Source: a virus (taxonomy: Duplodnaviria > Heunggongvirae > Uroviricota > Caudoviricetes > Straboviridae). Taken from it: DNA of 46,702 nt. Location of the stretch: IMG/VR virus record IMGVR_UViG_2974557979_000001, one strand, 5' to 3'. The notes below the pieces were generated by a model that was not told the origin of the DNA, did not search any database, and saw only the letters and a list, made by a program, of their open reading frames with translations. The translations under genes and the position numbers were made by a program. Positions within the stretch are counted from its first letter, which is position 1. Each line of letters starts with the position of its first letter. Shown piece after piece: positions 1-9,376 of the stretch.

Positions 1-900
1 TTAGTAATGGCTAAAACCATATGTAACATCAATCATGACTTTATAACGGCATACACGCATTTTTGCGTTATTGTAATCCACTGGGATCGCTACCACGTCA
101 GCAGGATCCACCTTTACCTGAATGACTCTACCAACACCGCCCCCGTAGTGTGGAAGGTATGATTTAGCCGCAACGTGTAGGCCAGTAGAACAGGTGCGCG
201 TTTTATCTTCGTCTACCATGTTTCGAGGCATGGAGACAGTCACACCAGGACTATTATCAAATTTGCCAGTAGCGAGATCTTTATAGTTATCGCGCACACG
301 TTTCCAGGCAAGGAAACAACCATCATCGGTCAGTTCAATGTCATTATGTACAAGGAACCCATAAAGCTGGTATACAGCATCGCGTGAAGGGTTTCGCATC
401 AACCGTTCAAAGAAGTTTACCAGGTGTTCATACGGACGATCGTTATACATTTCGCGAATGATTCGTTGAGTGATATCAGAATCAAACACTACATCTTTAT
501 ATAGAAGCTGATGACCAATGATTTTAATGTTGCCTTTGCTATAGGTTCGGATCGCTTCTTGAGTATCCAAACAAGTTACAGCACCTTTGACATCACCAGC
601 TTTCAGCATTTCATGCGCTTTCTTAAAGTTCGGATGTGTTTCACCCGCCATGAAAACGCGCCCTTCGTATACAACCGTAATGAACGATTCAGATCCGATC
701 ATACGCGGTACAGTGTCTGATACTTTAGGCTTTTGTTTTACATCCCTTTTCTTAGGGAATTCCGCTAACTTGCGGTTGATAACGCGTCCAATGGTTCGGG
801 CGCTTACGTTGAACTGTTGGGCCAGTGCTGTTTTACTTGCCCCCGTCAACCATCCATTATAGATAGCTTTCTGTTGTACTTCGTCAAGAATTTTGACCAT
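1..900 (-). CDS. rIIB: rIIB protein
   Basis: N-terminal HTH-like segment; rIIB-like C-terminal motifs (CSTGLH, DVVAIPVDYNNAKMRVCRY); directly after rIIA. Start moved to ATG 900, which overlaps the rIIA stop (TAATG). Confidence 0.95.
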   Translation of the reverse strand: MVKILDEVQQKAIYNGWLTGASKTALAQQFNVSARTIGRVINRKLAEFPKKRDVKQKPKVSDTVPRMIGSESFITVVYEGRVFMAGETHPNFKKAHEMLKAGDVKGAVTCLDTQEAIRTYSKGNIKIIGHQLLYKDVVFDSDITQRIIREMYNDRPYEHLVNFFERLMRNPSRDAVYQLYGFLVHNDIELTDDGCFLAWKRVRDNYKDLATGKFDNSPGVTVSMPRNMVDEDKTRTCSTGLHVAAKSYLPHYGGGVGRVIQVKVDPADVVAIPVDYNNAKMRVCRYKVMIDVTYGFSHY

Positions 901-3161
901 TATTTCCACCGTATTAATTTCTTAAACTCACTGAGATTCTTTTCGTTGTTGTAAATCGGACGAATTGAATAAGAATCGCTATGTTCAACAAGTGAAGCCA
1001 GTAACGGGTTTAGTGATTTAAAGATTTCCCATGCCTGATCAACACGTTTTTTCATATTGCTGCGTTTAACGCGCATTGATGCTACAGATTCACGCAGAAT
1101 CGGACAACGCGCCCTGGAAAGATTTTTACCATCTTTCTCATACCCTTCCAGACACACTATAAGTTCGAGGGTATCAACAATCTTATACAGTTTTTCATTA
1201 TATCGGTTTTTCACAATCCGATCAAGCGATACACCAAAACGGCTATACAATGCGTTTGTTTCTGTTGAGTGTTCCTTGCCAATCCATCCAGGCAAGCAAT
1301 TATCTTTCAATGCCTTTTCGGATTTAACATACTGCTTGCACAGCATATCATCAAAGCATACCAGATTTGAATCCGGGATCCACTTCCAGAGGCTGTTACG
1401 GATAGCAAACACAACAGGGATCCCAGTATGGCGCATGATACGCGATAAAGTAGATTCTTTCATTGCTGAATCCATAGACAACCTGGAATTTTCACCATCT
1501 AAGCGGCTATATTCATCAATACCATACAACCGAACACCTGGGGCTTTATCCAGTGATAAAAACTCTGATTTTGTCATAAACAGAGAAGTTTTTGCCAGAT
1601 TGCCGTTACTATCCAACTCATAACGATATACGGTCGGGGTTTTTGGGCGCGGTTCTGAATTTTTCGGTGCATATAGCGCTTTTGATTTTTCGCGATCTGC
1701 ATCATAGATCTCTTTTTCTTTTGTCATTTCACTGGTACGGAGATACACAATTTCCGATTCATCAAAATGACCTTTCCGAACGATATCATTAACAATCTCA
1801 CGCTTTGAATCACTATCGTAATATGCAACAAAGCTAACACGGCTTAGGTTATGCATTTTAGCATACCCGACGATATACGGTTTAACCGTGTTGGTATCCA
1901 CTTTTAACAGAATGAGTTTCTTCTGTTTCCACGGATAATAAATGCGTGTGATGTACTGGCGTTTGGTTGTTTCTGGCTTATACTTGCTCCAGCGGCCTCC
2001 GCTACCCGTTACCTGATACCATGCATCTTTACCGTCGTATTCGTTCGCCCAATACCCAGCAACATAATCATCATTATATTTGTTGGGTTTGATTAGTTCG
2101 CTATGGATCCAGCCAATAGAATCACCGTTGATGCGAAAATTAGCATCTTTACCAACAAAGTTTTGTACCATTGAAGGCAGAGACTGGAACCACGTCAGTT
2201 TATCACGAACGGTTTGTAACTTATCGAATTCTGATTTAACTCGATTGAAATACACCCGGCTGATTTGTTTCAGACGTTCTTTAACAATCCCTACTGTCAT
2301 TTTATCCATACTCAACTCTTCGCGAGAAGGCATGAAATCAAGTTCACCGATTGGGAAGTCAATAATATACGTATACTGGCTTTCTGTATAGCAATAGAAC
2401 ATCGAGGTATCATACAAATCTTTATCCAGAGGATAAATGATGTTACCCATGCGAGCATATACACCGCTAGTGTATGCTGATTTATGACGGATCACCCCGC
2501 TATCGTTGGTTGCTTCTTTCGGCTGATAGTTGATTTTGAGAATAGAAGCACCAACAAAGTTAGGACGAATATCAGTAAATGATTCGTATACCCTTGCTGC
2601 TTCGTTTTCCCATTCTTTGATATCTTCAACCTTAACCGGAACAGTGATAGTAACCCCGTTAGGTTCATCGCTTTCAATCTCATACAGAGGATCGCAGAAC
2701 GGTTCCCCATCATCCATATAGATTGTATATCCGCATTTGATACCGTCTTTTACAGATTCAACTGTGAACGCATCGGAATAGCAAAGCGGAGATTTGCAAC
2801 CCAGCCCCATAGAACCGATCAGGTCGTTTGAATCATTTTTGGTTGATTCGAAGTAAACGGTAAACGCATCACTAACGAAATCAGGAGACATACCGATCCC
2901 GTAGTCACGAATAACAAAACGAGGATCAACAGCAGTTGGCAACTGGACATCAAACGGGTTCTGATTTCCCGCTTCTTTGTGTCCATCGATCGCATTACAA
3001 GACAGTTCGCGAATGATTGCACGGATCTTGTATTTGTATACGGTTGAAGAAAGGATCTTATACGCTTTCTTGTTTGCACGTAGAGATAATTTGTTTCGTC
3101 CCTTGCTGGTATCTGTACCAACACGATAGATGGTTTGCGGTGTATCTTCGCGTAATTTCAT
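900..3161 (-). CDS. rIIA: rIIA protein (N-terminal GHKL/Hsp90-like ATPase domain)
   Basis: IRELSCNAID, DYGIGM and GSMGLGCKSP GHKL motifs; 753 aa; upstream of rIIB. Confidence 0.95.
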   Translation of the reverse strand: MKLREDTPQTIYRVGTDTSKGRNKLSLRANKKAYKILSSTVYKYKIRAIIRELSCNAIDGHKEAGNQNPFDVQLPTAVDPRFVIRDYGIGMSPDFVSDAFTVYFESTKNDSNDLIGSMGLGCKSPLCYSDAFTVESVKDGIKCGYTIYMDDGEPFCDPLYEIESDEPNGVTITVPVKVEDIKEWENEAARVYESFTDIRPNFVGASILKINYQPKEATNDSGVIRHKSAYTSGVYARMGNIIYPLDKDLYDTSMFYCYTESQYTYIIDFPIGELDFMPSREELSMDKMTVGIVKERLKQISRVYFNRVKSEFDKLQTVRDKLTWFQSLPSMVQNFVGKDANFRINGDSIGWIHSELIKPNKYNDDYVAGYWANEYDGKDAWYQVTGSGGRWSKYKPETTKRQYITRIYYPWKQKKLILLKVDTNTVKPYIVGYAKMHNLSRVSFVAYYDSDSKREIVNDIVRKGHFDESEIVYLRTSEMTKEKEIYDADREKSKALYAPKNSEPRPKTPTVYRYELDSNGNLAKTSLFMTKSEFLSLDKAPGVRLYGIDEYSRLDGENSRLSMDSAMKESTLSRIMRHTGIPVVFAIRNSLWKWIPDSNLVCFDDMLCKQYVKSEKALKDNCLPGWIGKEHSTETNALYSRFGVSLDRIVKNRYNEKLYKIVDTLELIVCLEGYEKDGKNLSRARCPILRESVASMRVKRSNMKKRVDQAWEIFKSLNPLLASLVEHSDSYSIRPIYNNEKNLSEFKKLIRWK

Positions 3162-3171
3162 TGTTTATTTC

Positions 3172-3408
3172 TCACTTAACATTAAAAATAACTTGGTCAC
3201 AAGAGTACTTCGTTGGCTTTTTGTTCAGGCCATATTCTACTACTTCGCAATAAGTGTCAAGGAATTTTACCAATTTTTCTTCCTCGACCTGCTGTTTCTT
3301 CATATCAAGGATACCCCACACGATAGCCCCGATAATGATAGAAAAGAACGCACAAAATCCGAATATGGTCAGATATTTTCCCAATCTAGGCGCATTATAA
3401 CGTGTCAT
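3172..3408 (-). CDS. small membrane protein, unknown function
   Basis: 78 aa ORF with one hydrophobic helix (LTIFGFCAFFSIIIGAIVWGIL); packed between neighbouring genes. Confidence 0.75.
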   Translation of the reverse strand: MTRYNAPRLGKYLTIFGFCAFFSIIIGAIVWGILDMKKQQVEEEKLVKFLDTYCEVVEYGLNKKPTKYSCDQVIFNVK

Positions 3409-3411
3409 ACC

Positions 3412-3966
3412 TTACCCCTCTTTGCGAATGTATGCAAGTTCTTCATGGGTTACTGGACGGATATACAGACGGCCTTTTGTATATGCCTTGCGCCCACTGA
3501 TCCAAATGTTTTTCATATCCTTAACACCGTTCATCACATCGTTGTAAAACTTCTTATCAGCTTTAGCCTGATAGACTTCACGGCCTTGATAATCTTTCAT
3601 GAACAAACAATAAAGGATCTCATTCTTATCAACTAGATTAGCATCCTTTGTAGTTGTTTTACTTGGTGAAGGTTTAGCACCCAGTCGCAAGGCCATAGCT
3701 TGCCACACTTTACCATGTTCATAACCTCGCCCGACAAGAGCATGAGCGATTTCGTGTAAAAGAGTGTCTAAAATATCCTCGTAGATATCTTCCGCAACAT
3801 GACGACCAGATAGTTCGATCAGTTTTTTGGTATAACTGCAACGGCCCAGAGTTTTTGTAATGCGTCCATTGATCCGGAATGTCCAACCATTACTGATCAA
3901 ACCGTGTTTTTCCATCATGGTACGCGCCCAGTGGGTTACTTCCATTGCACTACGAGTTTTCAACAT
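3412..3966 (-). CDS. SprT-like zinc metalloprotease
   Basis: TLGRC...IELS...DTLLHEIAHA...HGKVW (HExxH plus downstream H). Start reassigned to ATG 3966 behind an AAGGAG RBS. Confidence 0.85.
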   Translation of the reverse strand: MLKTRSAMEVTHWARTMMEKHGLISNGWTFRINGRITKTLGRCSYTKKLIELSGRHVAEDIYEDILDTLLHEIAHALVGRGYEHGKVWQAMALRLGAKPSPSKTTTKDANLVDKNEILYCLFMKDYQGREVYQAKADKKFYNDVMNGVKDMKNIWISGRKAYTKGRLYIRPVTHEELAYIRKEG

Positions 3967-3996
3967 TTTAGAATCTCCTTTGCTTGGTACAAAACC

Positions 3997-4035
3997 AATA
4001 TAGCAAAAAGCCCCCTGCATTGCAAGAGGCTTTGT
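3997..4035 (-). promoter_or_regulatory. sigma70-type promoter fused with terminator hairpin (PeSL-type cassette)
   Basis: TTGCAA(4025-4020)-17 bp-TATATT(4002-3997); the -35 lies inside an AAAGCC...GGCTTTTT inverted repeat just after the gene 52 stop. Confidence 0.8.
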
Positions 4036-4037
4036 AA

Positions 4038-5324
4038 TTATTTCAACTTCTTAGAAAGTTCTTTTAAATCATTGAGATACTCAATTTTAGGGGTTGTTTC
4101 TTCCCAGTATTTCAACTGTTTACGCAATTCTTCGGCTTCGTCTTCCAGCTTTTTGCTTTCGTCCGTGGTTAGATGGTAGATGTTCATAGCCACTAACATT
4201 TCGGCATGATTCTCGCAACCTATCCACGTAGACACGAATTTAACCGCTTCGCTGCGACTAAGGCCACGCAGAGAATCAGGAGATTCTACCATTTGAGCAA
4301 TAAACGCAACCTTTGCCAGTGCTTTATCTAACGCTTCCTTAGTTTCTTGGATACGCTTATTGATACGCTGTTGATATACATTCATACGAATATCAACGAA
4401 ATCCTTTAGAAGCGTTTCGGGGCGTTCATATGAGTATAATTTACCCTCAAAGATAACGTTAATGTTTGGGTTTGAATTTTCAATCAACCCGAAATCTTTC
4501 AGGATCTTTTCGCGGGTTAACCCGTTGGCATACTCTCGCTTGAGCGTTACTTCATAACGAAAATCTTCTTTCGATAGATCCTTGTAGCTAACGATAACGC
4601 CTTTTTCTTCCAGCTTGTCAAGGATTGCAATGTATTTCACACGGTCATATTTCACTGGGATCTCGGTGATCACCAATTTGGTTTTACCTTGCAATTCATA
4701 CGTGCCGTAAATTGTACCGTCTGTGATTTCACCTTTAAAGTAAGGGTATTTCAGATCCAGTGTGAAATCTTTATCATTCAGATATGCAATGCACCCGTTA
4801 ACAACCGATTTAGGATCATGAGGCGGAATGTTTGTTGCATATGCTTTTGCAATCCCGCTAAACCCGTTAACCAGTACCATCGGAATGATCGGGAGATAGT
4901 ACGCTGGCGGTACATGTTCCGGATCTTCATGAACTGGCGTTAAATCACCATCCATATAAATTGCTTTGAATATTGGCGATAGTTTACACTTGATGTAACG
5001 AGGTGCGCCAGGTTTCTTAACCAAACGGGAACCAAAGAACCCATCACGGTCGAATAACGGAATGTTATTGCACCAGTGCGCCGCCATAAGGGATAACGCT
5101 TCTTCTACAGAGGTTTCCCCGTGGTGATACCCATACATAGCAACACCGCCAGCGATAGAAGCTACTTTCTGAAATCCCGTTCCGCCCTGCATAGCAGAGT
5201 GAATAAAGAAACGGTGAACGGGTTTAAACCCGTCTACCAGGTGCGGGATCGCACGTGAATAAATCGTGTAAAGGGCAAACGTTAGCCCTTCCACCTGTAC
5301 AACATCTTTAATACTTCTTTCCAT
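4038..5324 (-). CDS. 52: DNA topoisomerase II medium subunit gp52
   Basis: DGFKPVHR, YHHGE and GAPRYI (catalytic Tyr) GyrA/ParC-like motifs. Confidence 0.96.
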   Translation of the reverse strand: MERSIKDVVQVEGLTFALYTIYSRAIPHLVDGFKPVHRFFIHSAMQGGTGFQKVASIAGGVAMYGYHHGETSVEEALSLMAAHWCNNIPLFDRDGFFGSRLVKKPGAPRYIKCKLSPIFKAIYMDGDLTPVHEDPEHVPPAYYLPIIPMVLVNGFSGIAKAYATNIPPHDPKSVVNGCIAYLNDKDFTLDLKYPYFKGEITDGTIYGTYELQGKTKLVITEIPVKYDRVKYIAILDKLEEKGVIVSYKDLSKEDFRYEVTLKREYANGLTREKILKDFGLIENSNPNINVIFEGKLYSYERPETLLKDFVDIRMNVYQQRINKRIQETKEALDKALAKVAFIAQMVESPDSLRGLSRSEAVKFVSTWIGCENHAEMLVAMNIYHLTTDESKKLEDEAEELRKQLKYWEETTPKIEYLNDLKELSKKLK

Positions 5325-7222
5325 TAGTCAACCTTAGAAAATTTGTGTTTTCCATTAACCCAATCTTTACGCGGATCAGATTCGTCGCCGAAGCATAGTT
5401 CTAACACTTCTTTGTATTCGTCGTCAAGTACAATGACATCATACTTCAACTGATCACCCAGAACACGGTCGTAATCTTCTTTGCGTAAAGAACCCAGCCC
5501 CTTGATATATCGTACATCTTTTGCTTTATCGCGGAACGGTGCAAACTCATCAAGAGAATAGAACCATTTTTCCTCGCGCCCAACTTTAGCGATAACGATC
5601 GGGGTTCGAATATATCGGATCCGTTTTTCTGCAAACAGAGAAGGCCAACGGCTAAAGAATGCAAGCAACAGGGTTAAAATGTCACCACCGTCAACGTCAG
5701 CATCGACCATGATACCGATATTATCATAAGTCATTCCGGAAGTATCACCAGGATGAATATTGAGGATAGCCATTAGCTCAAACAGTTCTTTGTTTTTGAT
5801 AATGTCTGTAAAACTCATACCCCATGTATTCAGAGGCTTACCACGTAGCGGGAAAGCGCCTTGTGTTTCTTCGTTACGGCATTCGATGAACTGACCAACA
5901 GCGGAATCACCTTCTGTCAGAAACAATGTTGTTTCTATCCCTGGAGTATCGATACCGGAAGCCGGAACGTGTTTAGCAATCTTTGCCTTTTTCGCTTTCT
6001 TTTTCGCTTTGGTGATTGCGGCGGCTTCTGCTGCTTGTTTACGAATCAGTGCGGATTCGATAATCGGGGTAATGATTTCTGGGGTATCCATAATCATTTT
6101 TGCGATCTTTTTGTAATTCAAATTCGCATGATTGTTAAACTCACCTGCTGTATTTGCCAATCGCTCTTTTGTTTGGCTATCGAATGCAGGTGCATTAAAG
6201 TTATGCAGGAATACCACAAGAGTTAAGCATTCTTTTACACGTGCTTTCGGGATCTCGATACTATGCTTTTTCTTGATCATCGGTTCAAGTTCAGAATAGA
6301 TACCATCGATCATACACTCAACATGAACACCGCCATTTTTCGTATCCAGACCGTTAACAAAGGATTTCTGTTTAAACCCGTCCTCAGTGCTCGCCAGAAT
6401 GAAGCTGAGGCGATTATTTGTCTGGACAATGGTTTTATCCCCATACATGGAAGCGTACAGCGGGAAGCGATTAGAGAGCGTTTCGCCGTTATATGTGAAT
6501 TTCACGGACGGGAAAGCAACGGCAAGGGCCATTAAGCGATCCTTAATCACTTCTTTGGTTTCTTCATCGATACCAGTTACACCAAACATAGAGAAGTCTG
6601 GAGTAAACTTAACAGTAGTACCCTGTTCTTTACTGGGGCTGGTTCGGTAATCGATGTTCTGTGCGCCGTCCGTACAGTTAATGGTTACTTTGCGTTTCCC
6701 GTTTGCAGTCTCGCCAATAAAAATCGAGCTATAACAGTTTGTCAGGAAAGAACCAACACCATTCATACCCATCGTTACGCGGTTTTTATCATCGAAGTTA
6801 GAACCTGATTTTGCCATAGTCCATGCAGCAACTGGTTTAGGAACTATTTTCCCGTCTGGGGTTTTTACATCATCCTGGGGAATACCGCGCCCATTATCAG
6901 AGATTTTAACCAGATTATGATCAATGGTTACATCAATCTTATTAGCATGTTTGAATTCAGTTCGGATCGCTTCATCAATCGAGTTATCAAGGATTTCGTT
7001 GATGATTTTAACCAACCCTTCCACGTACTCAACCTTGCGATATTGGCCCATTATGAAACGTTCATGCGCTTCTTTGTTAACCGATCCGACGTACATATTT
7101 GGACGCAACCGAATATGATCGCGATCGCTCATACAAAATGATTCGTCAACCTTTGCGCCTTTTTTGGCTGGTTGTGGTTTCTGTTCTGGTTCATCATCTG
7201 CCAGAAGAAAATCTAAACTCAT
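5324..7222 (-). CDS. 39: DNA topoisomerase II large subunit, fused gp39+gp60
   Basis: RPNMYVGS, EILDNSIDE, DNGRGIP, GMNGVGS (ATPase); TEGDSA, PLRGKPLN, DADVDG, KGLGS (TOPRIM) in one frame. Start set at ATG 7222 behind GAGG. Confidence 0.96.
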   Translation of the reverse strand: MSLDFLLADDEPEQKPQPAKKGAKVDESFCMSDRDHIRLRPNMYVGSVNKEAHERFIMGQYRKVEYVEGLVKIINEILDNSIDEAIRTEFKHANKIDVTIDHNLVKISDNGRGIPQDDVKTPDGKIVPKPVAAWTMAKSGSNFDDKNRVTMGMNGVGSFLTNCYSSIFIGETANGKRKVTINCTDGAQNIDYRTSPSKEQGTTVKFTPDFSMFGVTGIDEETKEVIKDRLMALAVAFPSVKFTYNGETLSNRFPLYASMYGDKTIVQTNNRLSFILASTEDGFKQKSFVNGLDTKNGGVHVECMIDGIYSELEPMIKKKHSIEIPKARVKECLTLVVFLHNFNAPAFDSQTKERLANTAGEFNNHANLNYKKIAKMIMDTPEIITPIIESALIRKQAAEAAAITKAKKKAKKAKIAKHVPASGIDTPGIETTLFLTEGDSAVGQFIECRNEETQGAFPLRGKPLNTWGMSFTDIIKNKELFELMAILNIHPGDTSGMTYDNIGIMVDADVDGGDILTLLLAFFSRWPSLFAEKRIRYIRTPIVIAKVGREEKWFYSLDEFAPFRDKAKDVRYIKGLGSLRKEDYDRVLGDQLKYDVIVLDDEYKEVLELCFGDESDPRKDWVNGKHKFSKVD

Positions 7223-7266
7223 ATTCACCTCTTTGTTTAATCACTGACATTATATAGGGTTCTATG

Positions 7267-7291
7267 AAAAAGAAAACCCCTTTCGGGGTTT
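7267..7291 (-). terminator. intrinsic terminator
   Basis: AAACCCC-GAAA-GGGGTTTT followed by CTTTTT on the minus strand. Confidence 0.75.
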
Positions 7292-7454
7292 ACTTGTTAT
7301 AAGGGAAACCATCACGAACCATTTGAGGTTTATCAACCGTTCGTTTTGCTTCGCCTCCGCAATCACAATCTTTCGGTGCATCACGGGTAGCAATGCTTGC
7401 CATTTTTGGAAATTCTTTATTACACTTGGTGCATTTATAGGTATAGGTAGGCAT
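7290..7454 (-). CDS. FmdB-type zinc-ribbon protein, T4 gp39.2-like (not in the ORF track)
   Basis: Hand translation: MPTYTYKCTKCNKEFPKMASIATRDAPKDCDCGGEAKRTVDKPQMVRDGFPYNK (54 aa); MPxYxYxC start and two Cys pairs; TAATG-coupled to the upstream ORF; just upstream of gene 39 as in T4. Confidence 0.85.
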   Translation of the reverse strand: MPTYTYKCTKCNKEFPKMASIATRDAPKDCDCGGEAKRTVDKPQMVRDGFPYNK

Positions 7455-7894
7455 TAATAAATCTCTTTTAAACTCAACATCTTAACTAAACGGGCTTTGT
7501 CTATGTCAAAAACACATTGACGTGCGCCCGGATACAACTTTTCAACTTCGTATACCATGCAGACGAAACCAACATGGTGCATGTACTCGCGTTCATATGC
7601 ATTGAACCAACGAGAAAGGCGCTGTATTGACTGAAAACCAAAGTATAACCCAGCCTCTTGAAAGTCTATATTATCTTTTTCAAGGTTGCGCATCAATCGA
7701 TTATCGTCATCCGGTGCTGGATGTCGGTTATCATCCATATCAATATAGATATCAGGATTCATACAGAATTGATCCAGCCATTCAGCGGTATCCATTGACA
7801 AATAACGATTGACATATGGGCCGCTTTTTGTTTGCCATTTTTCTGTACAATCATTCCAGAAAGAACAAGAAAATTCCACACGATATACGAACAT
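7454..7894 (-). CDS. hypothetical protein
   Basis: 146 aa ORF with GAGG RBS; HPAPDDD and FGFxS..WF segments look like a conserved phage family. Confidence 0.75.
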   Translation of the reverse strand: MFVYRVEFSCSFWNDCTEKWQTKSGPYVNRYLSMDTAEWLDQFCMNPDIYIDMDDNRHPAPDDDNRLMRNLEKDNIDFQEAGLYFGFQSIQRLSRWFNAYEREYMHHVGFVCMVYEVEKLYPGARQCVFDIDKARLVKMLSLKEIY

Positions 7895-7916
7895 GATATA
7901 ATCCTCACAAGTAAAC

Positions 7917-8501
7917 TCAAGGTTTACAAGTACGATACCACTTATCTAATTTTTCTGCAAGCATTTCGTTGATAATTTTTGCAATTTCGTACCGTCCGTG
8001 AGTAGTACCCAGTTCCAGGTAAATCACATCAAGTGCGCACACAATCGCATCAATACTTTCTTCAACGATATTACCGCCGCGTTGAGGCTGAATGAGACAT
8101 TCGCTGATCTCGCCAACTTCCGCTGATAGGTGATGAACCACATCACTTTTCGTGCGTTTCTTCACTTTATGTGCAATTTCGAAAAACTTATCAAGTACGA
8201 TCGTCGTTTCTTCTCGCGTTGCGGTATTCTCGGATGTTGAAGCCGTGTGTTGAACAACATATTTCGTAAAATAGCCTTCAAACACGTTGAAAGGGATCAC
8301 ATGAGGAACACCATTCAAAAACACCCCTTCTTTACAAACATAATGGATTTGGCGCGGAATAGACAAACCGCCGCTGCGTTCCAAATGCCGTTTGACGCTT
8401 GCTACAAAATCAAATTCTTTCCCGTATCCATCCAATCTACTGTTATAAGTGAGTAGACCAAAAGTAGGAACATATAGATCATTTTCTTTATACAGATTCA
8501 T
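7917..8501 (-). CDS. protein with C-terminal MazG-like NTP pyrophosphohydrolase domain
   Basis: HLSAEVGEISE...VEESIDAIVCALD matches the ExxE...EExxD all-alpha NTP-PPase pattern. Confidence 0.7.
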   Translation of the reverse strand: MNLYKENDLYVPTFGLLTYNSRLDGYGKEFDFVASVKRHLERSGGLSIPRQIHYVCKEGVFLNGVPHVIPFNVFEGYFTKYVVQHTASTSENTATREETTIVLDKFFEIAHKVKKRTKSDVVHHLSAEVGEISECLIQPQRGGNIVEESIDAIVCALDVIYLELGTTHGRYEIAKIINEMLAEKLDKWYRTCKP

Positions 8502-8766
8502 TTACAATACCTTTATGGTAGCCAAAAATATAACAATCAATCGAAGGACGTTCACCAGGGAAGTGAATGCATTGCATGATGCGTTCAGCCATTAGATCTT
8601 CTCCCATGTATACCGAAGTAGTTTCTTCGTTGTAATAGGTATCATACGACGTTTTAAGCGTCATGCCCGGAAGCCCTGCAATGTGCATGAATTTAGAATT
8701 GGTGCAAGGTTTTCCTACTTCACCGTTAACCATCAACACTGCATTAGTTTTACGTGCTTTTCTCAT
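8488..8766 (-). CDS. hypothetical protein
   Basis: Start set at ATG 8766 (ATGA overlap with the upstream stop); 92 aa. Confidence 0.7.
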   Translation of the reverse strand: MRKARKTNAVLMVNGEVGKPCTNSKFMHIAGLPGMTLKTSYDTYYNEETTSVYMGEDLMAERIMQCIHFPGERPSIDCYIFGYHKGIVNESV

Positions 8767-9359
8767 TTGAATTTCACCCCGATTTGAGATACGTTCCATT
8801 CTTTTACTTCATCAACAATATCATAATGGTTGATGTATGGTAAAGCAATTTTTAAATTACTCGCGTCTTGAATGTTGCGTAAGAAACGAGTAGGAGAAAG
8901 AAGACACAACCGCTCGGATCCGTTGTTTCCTTTAGCGGCAAATGATAGGGTTTCTCCCCCGTCAATCTTCATATCAACAGAAATCGTTTTGAATTCTGGT
9001 GCGTATGACGTGATTTTGCCGTTGTCTCTCGGCGTACTATAGAAACATACACTTTGTGGGACATTATAACGATCTGTTTCAATGTACATGTAATCGCCGT
9101 CAGTCATTCCCCACGCGGTATAAAGGGATCCGGTATAGTCACCAAAGGAATTTTTAAAATCTTCCTTCGTGGTATATCCCAGCGAGCGCAATTGCATAAG
9201 CTGGTTATGCTGTTCGATTGCGTCGGCTTTTTGTTGTTCCTGTACTTGCGCATCAATCGTTTCTTGCCAGGAATTATACGCATAGTAACCCACAACAGCG
9301 ATTACAGCCATAACCCCTACAGCTTTCCAGATTTTAGCGTCTTCGTTTTTGTTACTCAT
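8763..9359 (-). CDS. membrane-anchored protein, unknown function
   Basis: N-terminal TM helix (AVGVMAVIAVVGYYAY), a Q-rich coil, then a globular domain with two Cys; AAGGA RBS. Confidence 0.8.
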   Translation of the reverse strand: MSNKNEDAKIWKAVGVMAVIAVVGYYAYNSWQETIDAQVQEQQKADAIEQHNQLMQLRSLGYTTKEDFKNSFGDYTGSLYTAWGMTDGDYMYIETDRYNVPQSVCFYSTPRDNGKITSYAPEFKTISVDMKIDGGETLSFAAKGNNGSERLCLLSPTRFLRNIQDASNLKIALPYINHYDIVDEVKEWNVSQIGVKFK

Positions 9360-9376
9360 GCTATATTCCTTTTAAG

